Source of the DNA: a bacterium | GTDB taxonomy: Bacteria; Omnitrophota; Gorgyraeia; Zapsychrales; Zapsychraceae | Assembly (NCBI GenBank): GCA_030429765.1 | Contig: JAUIER010000003.1 | Coordinates: 144,402-208,401 of the forward strand | DNA length: 64,000 nt | Direction: 5' to 3' | Shown: positions 30,124 through 40,907 of the stretch, piece after piece | Layout: each line of letters starts with the position of its first letter | Numbering within the stretch: position 1 is the first letter of the stretch | Made by a program: the position numbers and the translations under genes | The notes under the pieces: generated by a model | What the model was told of the DNA's origin: nothing | The model's database searches: none | Seen by the model: only the letters and a program-made list of their open reading frames with translations

Positions 30124-31737
30124 ATGTCTTTGAAAAAGTTTGTCACGGCGGCCTGCTTAATCGTGATCGTGTTGGGCATCGGATTCAGGTTCTACCGGAT
30201 TACCGACAACACATTTGTTTTTTACGACGAGGGAATGTGGCTGCTGCAGAATCAGTCTTTCGTCCGGCATATCGAACAATCCGCCGGTGAGGGATTATCC
30301 AAGATCGGATCGCTTCTCAATATATCTTTTCATCTATCCCTGCAGACCGGAAAGGCTCTATGGGCGTTTATCAGTCAGTCCCGCGGGTTCTTCGTCGGGG
30401 AACAGGGGTATTACTTTAATCGGGTTGTGTCCGCGATATTCGGGACGCTGAGCATCGCGATCGTGTACTTTTTTGCCAATCGGCTCTATCAATCCAGGTG
30501 GATTGGATTGCTATCAGCCAGTCTGTTGGCCGTCCTGCCAAGTCACGTTTTCTATTCGCGTTTAGCCCTGCAGGAAGGGCTGAGCGTTTGTCTGTTTCTG
30601 TTGGGGATGTACCTTTACGTGTTCCCGCGGCGGATGACATGGCGGGTGTTTGCGGCCAGTATGTGTTTTGCCGGTGTCTTTTTTGCCAATTACCGGATGA
30701 TAATTATTCCATTCTTTGTCGCTCTGACAGAGCTGTACATGAGTCTGGCTGAGCGTCGACGTCCGGAGTACGAAAAGTATGTGTATCACACGCTCCTGTT
30801 TTTGTTGATTGTGTTCGGGATCGGCGCGCTCGACGGCGGCGCCAATACGTTTGTGACGTTTGGCTGGATGTTTCATCAAACACATCTGGCCAAAGGGACG
30901 TTTGATTGGGTCAATCTGCTGTCTTATCCCTATTATATTTACAGATTTGAAGGTTTGTTGTTCGCGGTTTTATTCTTTCTCAATCTGATACTTGTCGTTC
31001 GGGGAAAATTCAAGGAAGCCTATCCGTTTGTGTTGATCATGGTCTTCATGCTGGTCTTTTCAATCCCGCAGGAGAAGGGTGTCCGCTATTTGACCAGTGG
31101 ATATCCGTTCATGGCCATGGCCGTTGCCGCGGTGGTGGGACATTTTGTGACGATGTCATCCCGTGCGTGGATACGCCGCGCGGTGTTAGTGCTCGTGGGA
31201 TTATCTTTCATTGTTCAGATTGGGCGCTGTCTGCCTATGGCCGGATACAGCAATGACTACGCCACATCGATACGGGATGCTGTAGAGCAAGATCCGTCGG
31301 CCCGTTTTGTCAGCACGCAGGCGATGGTCCAACGGCTGTATGTTGAGGATGCGTCACGTGTGGCCGAGTTCCGCTACGGAATCGCGTATCTGGAGGCCCT
31401 TCGTCGGCAGGGATACAGCTATTTGATGATCGATCCTCAGGCCTATGTGTCCTTCACCGATGACAAGCGCCGTTTTACCCCCAAGCTCAAGGGGTATCTG
31501 GAATTCATCCGCCATCAGGTCAACCCGGTACAGACGTATCCGCATTTCGCCCCAGCCTTGCTGGAGCGTTTCGTCCTGGAGCACAATGAAAATCTGAGGC
31601 AGTCTATCGCGTTCCTCAATATGAGTGAGGCCAACGGTTTTGGAGAGCTACGGGTTTATGATATTCAAACATGCATGCAGTATCTGCAGCGGGGATTATT
31701 GCTCATGCAGCAGCGACGGGGAAACAATGGATTGTAA
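30124..31737 (+). CDS. GT39-like (ArnT/PMT-type) polytopic membrane glycosyltransferase
   Basis: Many TM helices. FYDEGMW (DE motif in first loop). Start at MSLKKFVTAAC. Confidence 0.7.
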   Translation: MSLKKFVTAACLIVIVLGIGFRFYRITDNTFVFYDEGMWLLQNQSFVRHIEQSAGEGLSKIGSLLNISFHLSLQTGKALWAFISQSRGFFVGEQGYYFNRVVSAIFGTLSIAIVYFFANRLYQSRWIGLLSASLLAVLPSHVFYSRLALQEGLSVCLFLLGMYLYVFPRRMTWRVFAASMCFAGVFFANYRMIIIPFFVALTELYMSLAERRRPEYEKYVYHTLLFLLIVFGIGALDGGANTFVTFGWMFHQTHLAKGTFDWVNLLSYPYYIYRFEGLLFAVLFFLNLILVVRGKFKEAYPFVLIMVFMLVFSIPQEKGVRYLTSGYPFMAMAVAAVVGHFVTMSSRAWIRRAVLVLVGLSFIVQIGRCLPMAGYSNDYATSIRDAVEQDPSARFVSTQAMVQRLYVEDASRVAEFRYGIAYLEALRRQGYSYLMIDPQAYVSFTDDKRRFTPKLKGYLEFIRHQVNPVQTYPHFAPALLERFVLEHNENLRQSIAFLNMSEANGFGELRVYDIQTCMQYLQRGLLLMQQRRGNNGL

Positions 31738-32752
31738 GATCAAGCTGAGTATATGGATGATGATGGTGACCGTGTTGTGCGGTTGCGGCCGGGCCGAGGC
31801 GCCCGCTTTGCAACGGTACTCGGAAACCCGATCCCTGATGGCCACGGTGATCCAGGTGGATGTATGTGTCGACACGGAAAATGATGTGCATCAGTCTGGT
31901 GTGTATCCCAAGATATGGAAACGTCTCGAAGAGATTGCGTGGCGGATGAATGTCTATGATGAGCGCAGCGACGTGACACGGATCAACCAGGCCGGGACGA
32001 ATCCGATCGAGGTTCCGGCGGATACGTACGAGATCATCCGGCGGTCCAAAGAGTTTGCGCAAAAAACCCGGGGGACATTTCTCATATCCATCCGGCCGCT
32101 GATCGATGTGTGGAAGACCGGTCAGCAGAATGATCGACTTCCGACACCGGATATGATCCGTCAAACGCTCGAATCGATCGATCTGGATGATCTAAAATTA
32201 CATGCGGACAATCGGATCAGCCGTCATCATCCGCAGTTAAAACTGGACCTGGGCGGGAATGCCAAAGGATATGCCGTCGATGAGGTAGCCCGCTTGTTTA
32301 GGGAACATGGATTTCAGCATTTTTATATCGACGCCGGTGGAGATATTTACGTGGGCGGGAAGAACTGTCAGGGGAAATCGTGGCGCATCGGTATTCGCGA
32401 CCCGCGCGACAAGTCCCGCCTGATTGAAACGGTTGTGGTCTCAAACGCGGCCGTGACCACGTCGGGCAACTATGAACAAACGATGGCGATTCAGGGTGAA
32501 CGCTACTCGCACATCATTGATCCGCGAACCGGATATCCGCAGCGGGATGTGGTCAGCGCCACGGTAATCGCGGCCAGCGCCGAAGAGGCGGATGTGTATT
32601 CGACCGCCTTGACAGTATTGGGGGCTGACGAAGGCGTGTCCCTGATCGAGTCATTGGGGCAGGGACGCGCGGCCCTGGTGTTTACAAAGCGTCCGGGAGG
32701 ACAACTGGAGCGGGCGGAAAGTTCATCCATGCCTCAGTATCGGAATCCCTGA
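31727..32752 (+). CDS. apbE: FAD:protein FMN transferase (ApbE family), lipoprotein
   Basis: ApbE-family layout. Lipobox VLCGC. Confidence 0.82.
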   Translation: MDCKIKLSIWMMMVTVLCGCGRAEAPALQRYSETRSLMATVIQVDVCVDTENDVHQSGVYPKIWKRLEEIAWRMNVYDERSDVTRINQAGTNPIEVPADTYEIIRRSKEFAQKTRGTFLISIRPLIDVWKTGQQNDRLPTPDMIRQTLESIDLDDLKLHADNRISRHHPQLKLDLGGNAKGYAVDEVARLFREHGFQHFYIDAGGDIYVGGKNCQGKSWRIGIRDPRDKSRLIETVVVSNAAVTTSGNYEQTMAIQGERYSHIIDPRTGYPQRDVVSATVIAASAEEADVYSTALTVLGADEGVSLIESLGQGRAALVFTKRPGGQLERAESSSMPQYRNP

Positions 32753-32756
32753 CAGC

Positions 32757-32795
32757 GGTGATCCTATTGGAAGAACAGGATCCCATTAATTTTTG
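32757..32795 (+). terminator. possible weak terminator after apbE
   Basis: GATCCT-11nt-AGGATC stem followed by AATTTTT. Confidence 0.3.
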
Positions 32796-32900
32796 TCTGC
32801 TTGTTGAAGAATCCGCGGGCTTTACCTATAATGAAGATCCAAATGTCACACATGTGCAAACCCGGACGACCACGATCCCGCACGCAATGAGGAGAATTTC

Positions 32901-33716
32901 ATGAAACAATACCTCGAGTTAGTTCAGCATATTATCGATAACGGTGAGACCAAGACCGACCGAACGGGGACGGGCACCATCTCCGTCTTTGGGTATCAAT
33001 CCAAATACGATCTACGGGAAGGGTTTCCGTTGTTAACGACCAAGAAAGTTCTTTTTCCGGCGGTGGTCCGGGAGCTGCTCTGGTTTTTGAAGGGGTCGAC
33101 AAATATTAACGATAATCTCAAAGAACATACGCCGATCTGGAATGCCTGGGCGGATGACAACGGCGAACTTGGCCCGGTTTACGGATATCAGTGGCGTCAC
33201 TGGGAACGGTTTCGTAAGCACGATGTCAGCGGCGAGTATCGCAAAGAGCATGTCGATCAAATCACGCAGGCCATTGATATGATCAAGACCAATCCGGATT
33301 CTCGGCGGATCATCGTCAGCGCGTGGAATGTGGCGGATATCGATCGCATGGCGTTGCCGCCCTGTCATGCGTTCTTTCAGTTTTATGTGGTCAATGGACG
33401 GCTGGACTGCCAGTTGTATCAACGTTCGGCGGATGTGGCACTGGGTGTTCCATTTAATATAGCCAGTTATGCCTTGCTGTTGTCCATGGTGGCCAATGAA
33501 TGCGGTCTGACCCCGGGCATCTTTGTACATACGCTCGGCGACGCGCATCTGTACTCTAATCATTTGGACGGCATCAAGGAACAATTGACGCGGACGCCCA
33601 AAGCCTTGCCTCAGCTTAAATTAAAATCTAAACCTGTCCTGGAGATGGAATTTGAGGACATCGAATTGCTCAATTACGAGCATGACGCGTTTATCAAATT
33701 TCCGATCGCGGTGTAG
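32901..33716 (+). CDS. thyA: thymidylate synthase
   Basis: RTGTGT, PPCH, CQLYQRS motifs. Confidence 0.95.
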   Translation: MKQYLELVQHIIDNGETKTDRTGTGTISVFGYQSKYDLREGFPLLTTKKVLFPAVVRELLWFLKGSTNINDNLKEHTPIWNAWADDNGELGPVYGYQWRHWERFRKHDVSGEYRKEHVDQITQAIDMIKTNPDSRRIIVSAWNVADIDRMALPPCHAFFQFYVVNGRLDCQLYQRSADVALGVPFNIASYALLLSMVANECGLTPGIFVHTLGDAHLYSNHLDGIKEQLTRTPKALPQLKLKSKPVLEMEFEDIELLNYEHDAFIKFPIAV

Positions 33717-33718
33717 TC

Positions 33719-34255
33719 ATGCCATCTGATTCACGATTCGAGATCGTCGTTGCCATGGATTCACGGCAGGGTATCGGCCGCGACGGAGATCTGCCCTGGA
33801 AATTACCCGCTGATCTCAAACATTTCAGGGAGGTGACGACGTCGTCCTCGACCTATCCTAATGTGGTGATCATGGGGCGGGTGACATGGGAATCGTTGCC
33901 GGCCCGATTTCGTCCGCTCCCGGAGCGCATTAACGTGATTGTCTCCCGCAATCCGGATTATCCTCATCCCGAAGATGTTCATCTCACCACAGATTTGACC
34001 GACGTTCCGGCCCTCTTAAAAAACAAAGGGATGGCGTATGGCAAGATCTTTGTCATCGGCGGTCAACAGATCTATCAGCAGGCCTTGCAGGCGGATCTAT
34101 GTGATCGGCTGCACGTGACCCACATTGCCGGTGATTTCGACTGCGATACGTTCTTTCCGGATTTCAAGGATCGGTTCGAGCTGGCCCGCTCCGGCCCGCC
34201 GCAGCAGCAGAATCAGCTTGATTTTCATTTCGCCGAATATTCCCTCCAACACTAA
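33719..34255 (+). CDS. folA: dihydrofolate reductase
   Basis: GIGRDGDLPW, VIMGRVTWESL. 2 nt after thyA. Confidence 0.88.
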   Translation: MPSDSRFEIVVAMDSRQGIGRDGDLPWKLPADLKHFREVTTSSSTYPNVVIMGRVTWESLPARFRPLPERINVIVSRNPDYPHPEDVHLTTDLTDVPALLKNKGMAYGKIFVIGGQQIYQQALQADLCDRLHVTHIAGDFDCDTFFPDFKDRFELARSGPPQQQNQLDFHFAEYSLQH

Positions 34256-34547
34256 ATAATTCCAAATATTCACGGATTTAGAATATTTTGGACTATTTAC
34301 CAGATTTTTTTGTCAGAAAAAAGAAAACGGTTCCTTCCATATTTTCAAAATTGTCATAAGCTAATTAGTTACACATGTTTGTGAAAATGCGTCCAATGTG
34401 GAAAATCAGAGATTTTGCCATATCACCTATTACTTTTTTATCTAAGTTTAGACTATACTTGAGATAGACGAAATTTGGAGGCAAACCAGGTTCTATCTAT
34501 AGTCGGGTTCATTGACATCTGACAGACCAACGAAAAGGATACTGTGT

Positions 34548-35732
34548 ATGTTTAAGGCCAAACGAAACCGGAAGAAGAAAATTTTGTTGGTGGATGATGA
34601 CCGATCGGTCAGTCAGATGTTGAAAATGTTACTGGAAAATAGAGGGTATGAAATTTTAACGGCCTATGATGGAGCTGAGGCATTGGCGAAAGCCGATGAG
34701 ACCACTGATCTCGTTCTACTTGATTTAATCCTGCCTGATCAAGAAGGTTTTGATGTCTGCCGACAACTCAAAGAAAAAGAAACTACTTCGGCCGTTCCCA
34801 TTGTGATTCTCAGCGCCCGGGTTTTATCCGGTGATATCGTTGAGGGGCTATACCTTGGCGCGGATGATTATCTGACCAAACCATTTGAATACGAAGAATT
34901 GGTGGCCCGCATGGAGGCGGTCATGCGCCGGGGATCACCGTTTAGCGAAAGTATCACCAACAAGACACAGGGTGAAGACGTTGTTCGTGAACTGCGCAAG
35001 ATAATTCAGGAAGAACGGATTCAGCCCTATTTCCAGCCGATCTATCTGGTCAAGCCGATGAAACTGTTCGGGCTCGAGGCATTGTGTCGGCCCGAAACGG
35101 AAAGTCCAATTTTATCCAACCCGGAATTGCTGTTCCAGGCGGCGTTTCAGTATGGTCTGTACCAGGAGCTGGAACTATTAGCCTGGAAGAAGGCGATAGA
35201 ACATGCGTCCGATTATTTGCAGGAGCAGTACCTGTTTCTCAACTGCAATCCATATCTCGTGGAAGGACCGAAATTCAACAAGGTCAAGTCGCTGTTTGAC
35301 CGGAGTAATTTGAGTATCGGCAATGTGATCCTAGAGATCACAGAGCGATCTGAAGTCGGGGACTACAAAGAGTTTTATGCGCAATTAGAGCGCTTCCGGG
35401 CCCATGGTTTTAAATTCGCCGTCGATGATGTCGGCGGTGGATATGCAAGCCTGGAGTCAATTGTCGAGACCAAGCCGGAGGTGGTGAAGATAGACCGGCA
35501 CATCATTTCCAATCTGCAGAAGGATCCGTACAAACGTAGTATCGTCAAATTTGTCGTGGCGTTCTGCCGCGAAAACAATATTCTGTCGATCGCGGAAGGG
35601 ATCGAGACACGTGAAGACCTGGACATGGTACGGCGGCTGGGTATCGATGCGGTGCAGGGATACTTTTTATCCAGACCTCAGCCCAAGATCGATGTCAAAG
35701 AACTGAACGATAGCGTGATCCATCTCGTTTAA
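34548..35732 (+). CDS. response regulator receiver + EAL c-di-GMP phosphodiesterase
   Basis: ILLVDDD...DLVLLDLILPD receiver. EAL motif in GLEALCRP, ERSEV, DDVGGG. AAAAGGA 8 nt upstream of ATG 34548. Confidence 0.85.
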   Translation: MFKAKRNRKKKILLVDDDRSVSQMLKMLLENRGYEILTAYDGAEALAKADETTDLVLLDLILPDQEGFDVCRQLKEKETTSAVPIVILSARVLSGDIVEGLYLGADDYLTKPFEYEELVARMEAVMRRGSPFSESITNKTQGEDVVRELRKIIQEERIQPYFQPIYLVKPMKLFGLEALCRPETESPILSNPELLFQAAFQYGLYQELELLAWKKAIEHASDYLQEQYLFLNCNPYLVEGPKFNKVKSLFDRSNLSIGNVILEITERSEVGDYKEFYAQLERFRAHGFKFAVDDVGGGYASLESIVETKPEVVKIDRHIISNLQKDPYKRSIVKFVVAFCRENNILSIAEGIETREDLDMVRRLGIDAVQGYFLSRPQPKIDVKELNDSVIHLV

Positions 35733-35845
35733 ACGACACCATTTCAAATATTGCGTTTGGCAATACTCCGATCCCAACTTATAATGTTAGTATTACCTTC
35801 TTTAGATATCACCGTGGCTTCCATTAATCTGATCTAAGCGGCTCT

Positions 35846-37753
35846 ATGGCGCTTGGTGACATCCCAATCTCTATGACCGTTCACCAGTCAATCTTTTCTC
35901 AAGCGGATCTCAAAAATTTTAAGCGTGGGGAACATAATCAGTTGTATCGTAAGTTCGGCGCTCATCAACGCCGATGCAGCGGTCAAACGGGGACACATTT
36001 TGCCGTTTGGGCGCCGGATGTCGATCGGGTGGACGTCGTGGGTTCGTTCAGGGACATAAAGCAATCCGTGCATCCCTTGCGACAAGTGCATGCCCGGAGC
36101 GGTATTTGGGAGGGTTTTATCCCGGCAGCGCGAACAGCCGACCGGTATATCTATCGGATCACGTCCGGCAAAAAACAGGTCTGGAAGATCGATCCGTATG
36201 GTCGGCATCACACACAACCACCGGACGTCCGCTCAACGGTCGCGGGTGAATCCTATCAGTGGCAGGATGATGCGTGGATGAAGCGCCGGGCCCGTCACCA
36301 TAAGCCGGACGCACCGATGTCCGTGTATGAAGTGCACTTGGGAAGTTGGCGGCGTCAGGACGGCCAATTTTTAACCTATCGGCAATTGGCTGACAAATTA
36401 CCTGACTATGTGGATCAGATGGGATTTACGCATGTCGAGTTTTTGCCGGTAATGGAGCATCCCTACTATGGATCCTGGGGCTATCAGACCACTGGATATT
36501 TTGCGCCCACATCGCGATATGGCTCGTTGCGGGATTTTAAACGGCTGATTGACGCGTTGCATCAACGGGGGATCGGCGTGATCCTGGATTGGGTGCCGTC
36601 GCACTTTCCCGTTGATGAGTACGGTCTGAGTGGTTTTAATCATCAACCGTTGTATGAAACCGCGGGGCTGCATCCGGACTGGCAGACGTGTATCTTTAAT
36701 ACTGGATCACTGCAAGTGGTTGATTTTCTGATCTCAAACGCGATGTATTGGTTGGAACAATTTCATGCGGATGCCATCCGGGTCGATGCGGTGGCGTCGA
36801 TGCTCTATCTGAATTATTCCCGCGCTCAGGGCGAGTGGGATCCTAATTTGTTCGGCGGTTTTGAGAATATCGAGGCCGTGGCTTTTGTCCGTAAACTGAA
36901 TGATGTCATCAAACGTTATTTTCCGGATGTGCTTCTAATCGCCGAAGAATCCACCTCATGGCCCGGGGTTTCCCGGGATGATGATCAGGGCGGGCTGGGA
37001 TTTGATATGAAGTGGAACCTGGGGTGGATGCATGACACGCTGCAGTACTTTTGTGAGGATGAGAAAAAGCGAGATGATCATTTAAAACAGCTCACATTTA
37101 GTTTATATTATGCTTTTAACGAGAACTTTCTGCTGCCGCTGTCGCATGATGAGGTTGTTCACGGAAAAAGTTCATTACTTGGCAAAATGAACGGGGAGGA
37201 TCAGCAGAAGTTTGCCAATCTCCGTTCTCTATTCGCCTACATGTTCGCGCATCCGGGCAAGAAATTGTTGTTTATGGGCAGTGAGCTGGCGCCGTGGAAC
37301 GAATGGAACCATGATGCCGCCTTGCCGTGGGAGCTCTTGAACTATGACAGACATAGCGGGATTCAGCGGCTGGTCCGGGAACTCAATCATATTTATCGAC
37401 GGGAATCCGCCTTGCATCAGTTGGATTTCTCGGCGGATGGATTCGAGTGGATCGATTATCGCGGACGTCACCGCGGTGTGATCAGTTTTTTGCGGCGATC
37501 GTCGAAAGAGCGCTCGATGATCCTAGTGGTTTGCAATCTGAAGGACCGTCATCGCAAGCAAATGAAAGTTGGCCTTCCGGTTGGGGGATGCTGGAAGCTT
37601 TTGCTTGATACCGATGCTGTGTCGTATGGCGGAAAGGGACTAATCGATGATGCCCCGATCCGCGCCAAAAAGAAGGCCTATGGCAAACACAAATATCATA
37701 TTCAGCTGACCATGGCGCCGTTGAGCGTCGTCTACCTAAAGTGGGTTAAATGA
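35846..37753 (+). CDS. glgB: 1,4-alpha-glucan branching enzyme (GH13)
   Basis: HFAVWAP...GVILDWVPSHF...AIRVDAV... Confidence 0.9.
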   Translation: MALGDIPISMTVHQSIFSQADLKNFKRGEHNQLYRKFGAHQRRCSGQTGTHFAVWAPDVDRVDVVGSFRDIKQSVHPLRQVHARSGIWEGFIPAARTADRYIYRITSGKKQVWKIDPYGRHHTQPPDVRSTVAGESYQWQDDAWMKRRARHHKPDAPMSVYEVHLGSWRRQDGQFLTYRQLADKLPDYVDQMGFTHVEFLPVMEHPYYGSWGYQTTGYFAPTSRYGSLRDFKRLIDALHQRGIGVILDWVPSHFPVDEYGLSGFNHQPLYETAGLHPDWQTCIFNTGSLQVVDFLISNAMYWLEQFHADAIRVDAVASMLYLNYSRAQGEWDPNLFGGFENIEAVAFVRKLNDVIKRYFPDVLLIAEESTSWPGVSRDDDQGGLGFDMKWNLGWMHDTLQYFCEDEKKRDDHLKQLTFSLYYAFNENFLLPLSHDEVVHGKSSLLGKMNGEDQQKFANLRSLFAYMFAHPGKKLLFMGSELAPWNEWNHDAALPWELLNYDRHSGIQRLVRELNHIYRRESALHQLDFSADGFEWIDYRGRHRGVISFLRRSSKERSMILVVCNLKDRHRKQMKVGLPVGGCWKLLLDTDAVSYGGKGLIDDAPIRAKKKAYGKHKYHIQLTMAPLSVVYLKWVK

Positions 37754-39186
37754 ACAAATACATCTGCATACACGGACATTTTTATCAGCCGCCGCGTGAG
37801 GACGCGTGGACCGGTGTTATCGAGCGTCAACGCAGCGCGGCACCTTTTCACAATTGGAACGAACGCATCACCGAGGAATGTTATCGGGCGAACACTCAGT
37901 CACCCATCCTCGGAGAGAATGGCGAACCCAACAAGATCATCAATAATTTTGAATGGATGAGCTTTAATATCGGCCCGACGCTGTTTTCATGGCTTGAGGC
38001 GCATGATCCGCAGACCTATAAGCTCATCCTCGAGGCCGATCGTAAGAGCATGGGGCATTTTGACGGTTGCGGCAATGCCATCGCGCAGGCGTACAATCAT
38101 CTGATCATGCCGCTGGCCAATGAACGGGACAAACAGACCCAGGTCATTTGGGGGATCAAGGACTTTGAATATCGATTTAAGCGTAAACCTTTGGGGATGT
38201 GGTTGCCGGAGACGGCGGTGGATCTGAGGACATTAGAGATCCTCGTCGAGCATGGTATCAAATTCACCATTCTGGCGCCCAAACAGGCCAAGGCGGTAAA
38301 ATCACTGGCGGCCACCGAATGGACGGAGGTGGATGAAAATACGATCAACACCAAAGTGCCATATGTGTGTCATCTGCCGTCGGGCGATTCGATTAACTTG
38401 TTTTTTTATGACGGATTTATTTCATCAGAAGTGGCATTTGGTAAGATTATCCGAAACGCCGAGGAGATGTATAATCACATGATCAAGGCGGTCGACGGAG
38501 AGCCGGATGAGTTGGAGTTGGTCCATATCGCCACCGACGGGGAAACCTACGGACATCATCGCCGTTTCGGGAATATGGCTTTTTCATATCTGGTGGAGCA
38601 TACGCAAACAAATAAGCACGTGAACATCGCTAACTATACAAAAGTTCTGAAAGACTATGCCATTGCGGATGAAGTCCGGATTCACGAGAATACAGCCTGG
38701 AGCAGCTCCGTCGGTGTTGAACGCTGGAAATCGGCGGAAGGCGGATGCATTCATCACAAGGAAGGATGGACGCAGGAGTGGCGCGGACCATTGCGTGAAG
38801 CGATGGATTGGCTGCGGGATGAATTGATTCCCGTGTACGAACAAGCGATGCGTGAGCGCGGTGAAGATCCGTGGCAGGCGCGCAATAATTATATTCAGCG
38901 AATTCTTGAGTGCTCCAATACCGATCCGATATTGGACATGCAGCACATGTCAATGCTCATGTATACTTCGTGCGGCTGGTTTTTTGATGATGTGTCCGGA
39001 ATTGAGACCGTTCAGATCCTGCAGTATGCCGCGCGCGCCATCGAACTGGCACGCGAAGAGTGCGGTGTCGAGCTGGAACCCGGATTTCTCAAGATTCTCA
39101 GCGAAGCCAAAAGCAATCATAAACGAAAGGGTACGGCTAAGGATATTTACGGCCGAATGATCAAGCGGCGCAAACGACATGGATAA
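37750..39186 (+). CDS. glycoside hydrolase family 57 protein
   Basis: HGHFYQPPRED GH57 N-terminal signature. ATGA overlap with glgB. Confidence 0.88.
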   Translation: MNKYICIHGHFYQPPREDAWTGVIERQRSAAPFHNWNERITEECYRANTQSPILGENGEPNKIINNFEWMSFNIGPTLFSWLEAHDPQTYKLILEADRKSMGHFDGCGNAIAQAYNHLIMPLANERDKQTQVIWGIKDFEYRFKRKPLGMWLPETAVDLRTLEILVEHGIKFTILAPKQAKAVKSLAATEWTEVDENTINTKVPYVCHLPSGDSINLFFYDGFISSEVAFGKIIRNAEEMYNHMIKAVDGEPDELELVHIATDGETYGHHRRFGNMAFSYLVEHTQTNKHVNIANYTKVLKDYAIADEVRIHENTAWSSSVGVERWKSAEGGCIHHKEGWTQEWRGPLREAMDWLRDELIPVYEQAMRERGEDPWQARNNYIQRILECSNTDPILDMQHMSMLMYTSCGWFFDDVSGIETVQILQYAARAIELAREECGVELEPGFLKILSEAKSNHKRKGTAKDIYGRMIKRRKRHG

Positions 39187-40702
39187 TCGACAGAGCGGCA
39201 TACTTCTGCATATCACCTCATTAGCGAGTCCCTATGGCATCGGTGATATGGGGCCGGCCGCAATGGATTTTGTTGATTTTCTCGTCGAGAGTCGTCAACG
39301 TCTGTGGCAGATCCTGCCGCTGACACCGACGGAATTCATCTGCGGAAATTCCCCCTACAGCAGTTTTTCAGCCTTCGCCGGCAATCCCGTTCTGATCAGT
39401 CCTGATAAGATCGTCGAGCAGGGACTGCTCACCCCGGAAGATCTTCAATCAAAACTAGACTTTGATCCGAGCATTGCTGATTATGATGCAGCCTCCACGT
39501 TTCGTGATCAATTATTTCAAAAAGCATTTATGAATTTTCAGTCACAGTTGGATTGCCATGATGATTATCATCAGTTTCTTGAGCGATCAGCGGACTGGAT
39601 TCATGATTACGCGCTGTTTTGTGTGATCAAGCAAAAGACGCGGGGTGTTGTGTGGAATCAATGGCCGGACGGTCTACGGGATCGGGATACCGATGATATA
39701 AATTCTTTTGCGAAGCGTTATCACGTTGAGCTGGATTACGCCAAGTTTGTCCAATATTTGTTTGACCGGCAGTGGCGGGAGTTGAAAGGGTATGCGAATC
39801 AGAAAGGGGTGGGGATCGTCGGTGATATTCCGATTTATGTGGCCTATGACAGTGTTGACGTGTGGAGCGCGCCGGAAAATTTTAAACTCGACGCTAATTT
39901 AGAGATGCCGGTGGTTTCCGGTGTGCCGCCGGATTACTTTAGTGAAAATGGTCAGCGTTGGGGCACACCTGTTTTTGATTGGGATTACATGCAGCGACAT
40001 CAATTCGATTGGTGGATCCGTCGCATCGCTCACAATCTCAAACTCTACGATGAAGTCAGGATTGATCACTTCCGCGCGTTCGTTAATTATTGGGAGATTC
40101 CCGCCGAGCATAAGACCGCGATCAAAGGGTATTGGGAAGATGTGCCCACACGCGCTTTTTTCCAGACACTGCATGCCGCCTTCGAGCGCCTGCCGCTGAT
40201 TGCCGAAGATTTGGGACTAATCGACGACACCACACGGATCAAGATCGAGGCCCTCGGATTTCCGGGGATGAAAATCCTGATGTTTGCCTTCGGCGAGGAC
40301 ATTGTCGAACATTTATATCTTCCGCACAACTACACGTCCAATTGCGTGGTCTATACCGGAACGCATGACAATAATACGGTTCAGGGTTGGTATCAGAACG
40401 ATGCCAGCGCGCTCGAAAAGCAGAATCTGGAGCGCTATATCGAAAAATATCCCAGTGTTTTCAACGGCAAATCTCCGGAGTCAATCCATTGGAAATTAAT
40501 TGAGCTGGCGTTGATGTCACCGGCCCGCCAAGCCATCACACCGATGCAGGATGTACTCGGATTGGGGGTGGAGGCCCGTATGAATGTCCCGGGAACGGTC
40601 AAACGCAACTGGATCTGGCGGCTTCAGGATGGTCAATTGAACCGGTGTGTGGGCGGGCGTCTGCATGAATTAACCCATCGCAGCGGCCGGAGTCCCGATT
40701 AG
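39179..40702 (+). CDS. malQ: 4-alpha-glucanotransferase (GH77)
   Basis: SGILLHITSLASPYGIGDMG N-terminus. 8-nt overlap with the GH57 gene. Confidence 0.9.
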   Translation: MDNRQSGILLHITSLASPYGIGDMGPAAMDFVDFLVESRQRLWQILPLTPTEFICGNSPYSSFSAFAGNPVLISPDKIVEQGLLTPEDLQSKLDFDPSIADYDAASTFRDQLFQKAFMNFQSQLDCHDDYHQFLERSADWIHDYALFCVIKQKTRGVVWNQWPDGLRDRDTDDINSFAKRYHVELDYAKFVQYLFDRQWRELKGYANQKGVGIVGDIPIYVAYDSVDVWSAPENFKLDANLEMPVVSGVPPDYFSENGQRWGTPVFDWDYMQRHQFDWWIRRIAHNLKLYDEVRIDHFRAFVNYWEIPAEHKTAIKGYWEDVPTRAFFQTLHAAFERLPLIAEDLGLIDDTTRIKIEALGFPGMKILMFAFGEDIVEHLYLPHNYTSNCVVYTGTHDNNTVQGWYQNDASALEKQNLERYIEKYPSVFNGKSPESIHWKLIELALMSPARQAITPMQDVLGLGVEARMNVPGTVKRNWIWRLQDGQLNRCVGGRLHELTHRSGRSPD

Positions 40703-40756
40703 GATGTAAGTAGCTGAAATGCATACGTTTGCGGTTAAGAGTGGCATGAATTAGTT

Positions 40757-40785
40757 TTGACCTAACGTCTTCCAGCCTATATACT
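40757..40785 (+). promoter_or_regulatory. candidate sigma70-type promoter for the giant ORF
   Basis: TTGACC, 17-nt spacer, TATACT. ~120 nt upstream of ATG 40908. Confidence 0.35.
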
Positions 40786-40907
40786 TATATTAGTAGTGAA
40801 GTCACTGCTGCAACACATTCCCCAATCACATCTTAATTTCAAGATAACTTTAGTTGACGTGTATGTATAAACGTCCGGATGATTGTATTCCGGTTTGAGA
40901 TACGATT

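Noticed and set aside
33033-33584. 183-aa minus-strand ORF inside thyA
   Set aside because: Antisense to thymidylate synthase, which is unambiguous.
40853-40880. Second promoter-like TTGACG...TATAAA closer to the giant ORF
   Set aside because: Spacing between the hexamers is only ~6 nt, incompatible with sigma70 geometry.
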